A stretch of DNA of 20,000 nt, from IMG/VR virus record IMGVR_UViG_3300020577_009925; one strand, 5' to 3'. Of this stretch, positions 15,677-20,000 are shown piece by piece. The position numbers and the translations under genes are program-made. The notes below the pieces were generated by a model. That model had not been told where the DNA came from, searched no databases, and worked only from the letters and a program-made list of their open reading frames with translations. Every line of letters begins with the position of its first letter. Within the stretch, counting starts at the first letter, position 1. Origin of the DNA: an uncultured virus (IMG/VR IMGVR_UViG_3300020577_009925) (Duplodnaviria; Heunggongvirae; Uroviricota; Caudoviricetes).

Positions 15677-16332
15677 CGCGGCATCTTCTTAGTTGGAACT
15701 TTCTTACCAGGCCTAGCAGAAACGACCTTGGTACCAGGCTTGACCTTAGGCGGCGGGAACGCGGCGACGAGTTTCTGCATCGCTGGACCAGCCTTATCCA
15801 TCTTTTGCCTAACCTCGGTGAACATTACAGACAGCGCTGTCGCAAACTCAGCCAACTCCTTCTCCAGCTTTTCAGAGTACGGGTGCTCGTCCAGATAGCT
15901 GAGATCTTTGGAGCCCTCGCACCAGCCAGGAATCAAGCTATCAAGATGGGTGTAACGAGCAATACCTCTGACGTCGGATGTCAGTACCCGCTTCTCATAC
16001 ACGCCAGCAACAAACCCGATGCAAAGTCGCGGAGCAAAGCTTATATCGTTGTCGTGATAGTGCTTACCACCGATCGTAGCGTTGAGATTGCCGCTGACCT
16101 GACACAAAATGACCTTCTCCGTCTTGGTAGTACTGGTAAGGTACCTACTGACCGCATCCTGGTACCTTCGAAGGACCTCCTCCTTAGTCGTGCCAAGGAC
16201 GCTTTTCTGGTCCAGCATGTCTACGACCGGCGATGGGAGTTCAGCGCTAAAGCGACCCGCGGCGTCGCACTTGATCACCCGCTTATACGTCTGACCGGCT
16301 ACCTGGACATTCTCCGTGCTAATTATTGGCAC
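15673..16332 (-). CDS. Hypothetical protein with basic C-terminal tail
   Basis: GTG start with AGGAGG SD; 219 aa. Confidence 0.75.
   Translation of the reverse strand: MPIISTENVQVAGQTYKRVIKCDAAGRFSAELPSPVVDMLDQKSVLGTTKEEVLRRYQDAVSRYLTSTTKTEKVILCQVSGNLNATIGGKHYHDNDISFAPRLCIGFVAGVYEKRVLTSDVRGIARYTHLDSLIPGWCEGSKDLSYLDEHPYSEKLEKELAEFATALSVMFTEVRQKMDKAGPAMQKLVAAFPPPKVKPGTKVVSARPGKKVPTKKMPR
15829..15843 (+). repeat. Dispersed palindromic element AGACAGCGCTGTCGC, copy 4 (intragenic)
   Basis: Exact 15-mer within CDS 15673-16332, encoding ATALS. Confidence 0.85.
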
Positions 16333-16859
16333 CCGTTACCTCCTATGAGTGAATCGATCGATCTGTCAAATCTGTTCTTGACCAGGCTCTTGCCCACACT
16401 TCTAGAAGTCATGAGCTGCACCTTGCCCACTGTTGGAAACTCCGGACTAGGAGTCCAATTAGCTAGGCAAGCGACACCGGTCTTGCACCAATGCAAAAAC
16501 GCCTCCAACTGACCGTCATGAAGCTGCTTGAGGCCTCTAAACCTATTTCTCACGTAGGCCTTCGCTGATTCTTCTGAACTGCACTGCGCCACGCCGCACT
16601 CAAAGGGTTCGATCCACTTGTTAGCCCAGTCGAACATCGCAAACCGGCACGCCCACCCGTCAACTCGTCGCTCCAGATCGTAAAGCCCGTATTCGAAATC
16701 TGGAGGACGAACAATCTTCTTAGCCCGATGAGCCTCTTGGACAACAAGTAGCTCTTTGGGGCCTAACTTAGCTCCATGCTGCTGACAGCAAAGAACATAG
16801 TTGTACTCAAAGCACCCAACAGCTGCGTACTCAAAACCCGGTTCCCACTCAAACGCCAT
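16323..16859 (-). CDS. Hypothetical protein
   Basis: TAATG overlap; 178 aa. Confidence 0.7.
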   Translation of the reverse strand: MAFEWEPGFEYAAVGCFEYNYVLCCQQHGAKLGPKELLVVQEAHRAKKIVRPPDFEYGLYDLERRVDGWACRFAMFDWANKWIEPFECGVAQCSSEESAKAYVRNRFRGLKQLHDGQLEAFLHWCKTGVACLANWTPSPEFPTVGKVQLMTSRSVGKSLVKNRFDRSIDSLIGGNGCQ

Positions 16860-17353
16860 TACAGAGTCCCCTGCTTACAAACTTCGGCCAGAAGCTCCTT
16901 ACGCGTCGTTTGCATCGATTTGAGGTTCCGCCGAAGCTTAGCCTCCTCCTTCCAAACGTCATGTAGCTGACAAGCCATCACCTTAATCTCTTCATTTGGC
17001 CAGCCATGTCCAGTGACGCATAAGTGCGGGTTAGTCCACTCGACGCAGCGGTCGTCGGCCACAAAACCAATGGTCTTTGACAGAGCGACCGGCAGTCCGT
17101 CTTGTTTGGGCATCTCAACCAAGAGCGACTCAAAGACCAGTACCTGCAGCATCGGATGTGCATGCTCTTCAGCTAAGTACCGCTTACTCCACTCTCGCAG
17201 ATTCTCCGACCACATGTTGCACAGATAAGGCCCGTCAACAAGCGAACAGTAGTTTCCATAGTCCATCGGATAAGGACCGTCACTAACACCAACGCACGAC
17301 TCCATTCCGACAATCGGCTCGAAGTACTTAAGTTCCGCTTTGAACGTCTGCAT
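16859..17353 (-). CDS. Hypothetical protein
   Basis: ATG with AAGGTG SD; 164 aa. Confidence 0.75.
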   Translation of the reverse strand: MQTFKAELKYFEPIVGMESCVGVSDGPYPMDYGNYCSLVDGPYLCNMWSENLREWSKRYLAEEHAHPMLQVLVFESLLVEMPKQDGLPVALSKTIGFVADDRCVEWTNPHLCVTGHGWPNEEIKVMACQLHDVWKEEAKLRRNLKSMQTTRKELLAEVCKQGTL

Positions 17354-17618
17354 AGCCAGGCACCTTTGTTAAGTCATGGGAAATGTCGTAAATCACTCGC
17401 GTGGTTAAGGACTTCACCACCGCCGGTCTGCCGCTAGGGCTCATCAAAAACATCTGGGCCATTGCCAATGCGTGGCCGTACACCTCAAACTGCGTGGCTT
17501 CATTGATATTGCCGGTAACACCAACAGTATTTGAAGCGTCTATACGCAAGTACTCATCCAACCCCTTTTCTCTTGGCGGGTTGGGATAACAGACTATTGC
17601 TCGGACGACGACTGACAT
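17328..17618 (-). CDS. Hypothetical protein
   Basis: ATG with AGGAG SD; 96 aa. Confidence 0.7.
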   Translation of the reverse strand: MSVVVRAIVCYPNPPREKGLDEYLRIDASNTVGVTGNINEATQFEVYGHALAMAQMFLMSPSGRPAVVKSLTTRVIYDISHDLTKVPGYADVQSGT

Positions 17619-18229
17619 TTGATTACTCCTGTATCAGCAACAGCGTAGCATGGCCCAGTGTCGACAAACCTTGGGTCCCAAAGAACGCAACTTGTGTCCA
17701 ACAGCACAAGCTTCTGCAGGGCATTGAAGTTTCGCCATACGTTAACTGCAAATGCACTCATATCGATCTCCGATACCGTGCACTTGCATCTAACCTGAAT
17801 GTCCGTCGTCTGTGTAAGCAGCCACTGAGTTCGAGTGTCCGCGTCATAACAAGCAAAAATCGGCTTGTTCTCCAGCTCCACCATGTACACCGTGGTTGTT
17901 CGTCTAACTGGAGCCTCCGCCTTGTTACCCTCGTGCCACCGATGAACCTCCTCAAACATCCGACTATCTGAGAGCTTGCTGTGGCACAGCAGGCCGCCCA
18001 AAGAATCTCGGCAAATGAATTCCGGCTTATCAGTATCCCACTCCCACAAATGATCGTTCATAGTCCCGCGACGATAGGCGATGACAAACCTAGGGTTAAC
18101 GGCAAGAATCACCAAAACCGGCGCATCAAAACAAGCTGTCCAGAAATCACCAGGCTGCGGATTCTCGATATGGTAATCTCGCTTGGCGGTCTCCCAGTCC
18201 TTAGCTGCATATGTCTTGTTCACACTCAC
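17594..18229 (-). CDS. Hypothetical protein
   Basis: GAGGTG SD before GTG start(s); 211-aa ORF. Confidence 0.7.
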   Translation of the reverse strand: MSVNKTYAAKDWETAKRDYHIENPQPGDFWTACFDAPVLVILAVNPRFVIAYRRGTMNDHLWEWDTDKPEFICRDSLGGLLCHSKLSDSRMFEEVHRWHEGNKAEAPVRRTTTVYMVELENKPIFACYDADTRTQWLLTQTTDIQVRCKCTVSEIDMSAFAVNVWRNFNALQKLVLLDTSCVLWDPRFVDTGPCYAVADTGVIKCQSSSEQ

Positions 18230-18270
18230 CTCAACTTAAAAACTGCCGAATATGTCTTGTTCTACGTGCT

Positions 18271-18507
18271 CTAAACCGTGAACGCGTGATCAAAATGATC
18301 AGGCCTGTACCTTGCAAAACAAACCTGACATTCCCAAAACGAAGGTCTTGGAGGCCAGACTGTCTTACCCACACTGGACGGGTAGATAGCGTGTATATCT
18401 GTTGACCCACAATTGCACGCAAGCGCCGTAGAACAATGCAACGGACATGAAGCCCCAACAACGTCACTTGGCACTTCCTTGGAACCGCCCGTAATCTCTT
18501 CAGTCAT
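18271..18507 (-). CDS. Small Cys-rich, probable Zn-ribbon protein
   Basis: ATG with GGAGAG SD; CNCG...WECQVC. Confidence 0.65.
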   Translation of the reverse strand: MTEEITGGSKEVPSDVVGASCPLHCSTALACNCGSTDIHAIYPSSVGKTVWPPRPSFWECQVCFARYRPDHFDHAFTV

Positions 18508-18537
18508 AATCTCTCCAATCGTCGCTATCGTTTATGT

Positions 18538-18969
18538 TCACCTCGACTTAAAAAGAGCTGAATAGTACCAACGTCCAGATGCCTCACTTCGCTTAGACCA
18601 GAACGCCATCAGCGGCCACTCTTTGTGTGGCGGCAAGATCTTGTCAGCAGTGGGCTCGTCATAGTGAAATCCGTACGCGTGGTAATAGCCTGTTGGAGGC
18701 AAGTTACCAGACAAGCGAACCGAATTCTCGCCTGCCTCTACCAACGCTTTATCTCTATCAACCATGGCCGTAACCTCCCTGGCGCAAAACGACTCTGCGT
18801 CTGCGATCGATAGTTCGGGTAACCGCTCTACCGATAGCTGTATCGGCGGCTTGGCCTTGGAGTACTCCGCCTGAAGAAATATCCCAGCCAGCATCAAGCA
18901 GACTAACACGCAAATGAACAGCACAAAGACCACTAAATCGTAACCTGTAAACTTGCTGGCCATGCTCAC
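18538..18969 (-). CDS. Membrane-anchored protein, paralog of 18966-19406 and related to 1934-2443
   Basis: N-terminal TM (LVVFVLFICVLVCLMLAGIFL); PPTGYYHAYG...SGRWYYSALFKSR. Confidence 0.8.
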   Translation of the reverse strand: MSMASKFTGYDLVVFVLFICVLVCLMLAGIFLQAEYSKAKPPIQLSVERLPELSIADAESFCAREVTAMVDRDKALVEAGENSVRLSGNLPPTGYYHAYGFHYDEPTADKILPPHKEWPLMAFWSKRSEASGRWYYSALFKSR

Positions 18970-19406
18970 CTTCTCCTGTAAAGAACTGAGTAGTAAGTCC
19001 TTGGGGACTCCATATTGCGGTCAATGAAATAACTCACCAGCTGATAGTTCTCACCTGACGACTCCATCTTCGAAATGCTCACGTGCTGCAAGCTGTACCC
19101 GAACTTATGGTAGTAGCCCGCTGGTGGAAACGTTCTAGCAAGCAGCTTTGGCTCTTCGCCGTCCTGGGTCGCCTTGCGTTCATCGACAAGCATCTGAAGA
19201 ACTTGGGCCCTGACGAACTGGTTTACATCAAAGCTCTTATCAACCTCGTCATCGCTCTGTGAAACCTCAACTACCACGTGAGCGTCGGGACGTTTAGGTC
19301 TGACCCGTAGCATCGCCAGCACGACGACAATCGCCACTACAACAACAAACGCTGCAACCTCACCAATAAGCGAAAGTGCAGCGTCAGAAAATTGGAACTT
19401 GGACAT
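18966..19406 (-). CDS. Membrane-anchored protein, paralog of 18538-18969
   Basis: N-terminal TM (VAAFVVVVAIVVVLAML); PPAGYYHKFG...RTYYSVLYRRR; AGGAGAGG SD. Confidence 0.8.
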   Translation of the reverse strand: MSKFQFSDAALSLIGEVAAFVVVVAIVVVLAMLRVRPKRPDAHVVVEVSQSDDEVDKSFDVNQFVRAQVLQMLVDERKATQDGEEPKLLARTFPPAGYYHKFGYSLQHVSISKMESSGENYQLVSYFIDRNMESPRTYYSVLYRRR

Positions 19407-19417
19407 AGCCTCTCCTC

Positions 19418-19432
19418 GCGACAGCGCTGTCT
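19418..19432 (-). repeat. Dispersed palindromic element AGACAGCGCTGTCGC, copy 5
   Basis: Exact 15-mer filling the space between TAA (19433) and the SD in a 26-bp intergenic gap. Confidence 0.9.
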
Positions 19433-19681
19433 TTAATTTCGACCGTCTTTTCGTATCTCGTCCAGCAGCTCACGTCGCTCCCGATCAAGCCTCGCCTGAT
19501 CAACCTCAAAGAACTCATCTAAGAGCTTTGATAATTCAAGCGGAGCTGGCTTTTCAGGACTAACGCCATCGTAATCAAGACGAATTCCGTACTCGCTTTC
19601 AATCCAGAAGAGAAACTCCATTACGGCGATGTACTTACCATGGACACTCCGCCAGTGCTCGAGCTGATTTCTGTCAGCCAT
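19433..19681 (-). CDS. Small hypothetical phage protein (EFLFWIE...EFFEVD..RLDRERRELL)
   Basis: 82-aa ORF with GAGGA SD. Confidence 0.8.
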   Translation of the reverse strand: MADRNQLEHWRSVHGKYIAVMEFLFWIESEYGIRLDYDGVSPEKPAPLELSKLLDEFFEVDQARLDRERRELLDEIRKDGRN

Positions 19682-19683
19682 GG

Positions 19684-19926
19684 CTAATCATCCTCGTCAT
19701 CGTCATCCCAGTCATCGTCGTCATCATCTTCATCGTCGTCCCAGTCATCATCGATGTCGTCTTCGTCTTCTTCCAGCTCACTTTCGACTAACTCGACGTA
19801 GTCGCCTGCGTGATCTCGAAGATCTCGCATGCTCTCTCGCGTCTTGGCCTTACTGACACTGGTGTCGCTGAAGACTCGGGTGATGGCCGCTTTGGCCTGC
19901 TCGACTAAGGTCTCATGTGTCGACAT
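19684..19926 (-). CDS. Small helical protein with a highly acidic, Trp-punctuated C-terminal tail
   Basis: ATG with GAGGAG SD; ends ...EEDEDDIDDDWDDDEDDDDDDWDDDDEDD. Confidence 0.8.
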   Translation of the reverse strand: MSTHETLVEQAKAAITRVFSDTSVSKAKTRESMRDLRDHAGDYVELVESELEEDEDDIDDDWDDDEDDDDDDWDDDDEDD

Positions 19927-20000
19927 TGGTTTCTCCTCTAAATTTGTGTGGTTTCCATCTTGCCTACGCCTGAACCTCGACGCACCAGTTCGCTTCTGGC

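Noticed and set aside
18231..18467. Alternative 78-aa minus-strand ORF overlapping 18271-18507
   Set aside because: No clear SD and Arg-rich shadow-like composition; the Cys-rich frame has an ATG with GGAGAG.
538..18813. All plus-strand ORFs in the track (e.g. 15667-16512, 12618-13226, 5144-5629)
   Set aside because: Antisense shadows of the tightly coupled minus-strand genes, with no recognisable motifs.
3243..19432. Palindromic repeats as a CRISPR array or as the methyltransferase target
   Set aside because: Copies are kilobases apart, only 15 bp long and in mixed orientation. A conserved 15-mer is too long for a typical methyltransferase site, although the central AGCGCT could incidentally be methylated.
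1..20000. Genome-wide TAG reassignment (genetic code 15)
   Set aside because: The standard code already gives near-complete coding density, and TAG acts as a real stop in coupled junctions (TAGTG at 6741, overlap at 10275) and before intergenic motifs (5969, 13825).
19938..20000. 3' end of an upstream gene at the right edge
   Set aside because: More than one frame is open over this short stretch, so the coding frame cannot be determined.

Overview
A dense, single-strand (all minus) array of about 40 mostly short, translationally coupled genes with good Shine-Dalgarno sites. This is typical of the early/accessory ('host takeover') region of a large bacteriophage or phage-like element; no structural, replication or housekeeping genes are present. 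Recognisable products are a BCS1-like membrane-anchored AAA+ ATPase, a MazG/dUTPase-like NTP pyrophosphohydrolase and an orphan beta-class amino-DNA methyltransferase (SPPY). The most interesting structures are: (1) a 15-bp element AGACAGCGCTGTCGC with a perfect 12-bp palindromic core, present in five exact copies plus one variant, in both orientations, mostly in tiny intergenic gaps next to RBSs; (2) a small protein ending in a C-terminal di-glycine (…IRAGG*) directly upstream of a Cys/His/Asp-containing enzyme-like gene, a candidate ubiquitin-like modifier module; (3) three related exported/membrane-anchored CAP/SCP-like proteins, one with a Planctomycete-like style; (4) a structured leader upstream of the MazG-like gene; and (5) a gene apparently interrupted by an in-frame TAG. 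All family assignments come from motif recognition by eye; no searches were run.
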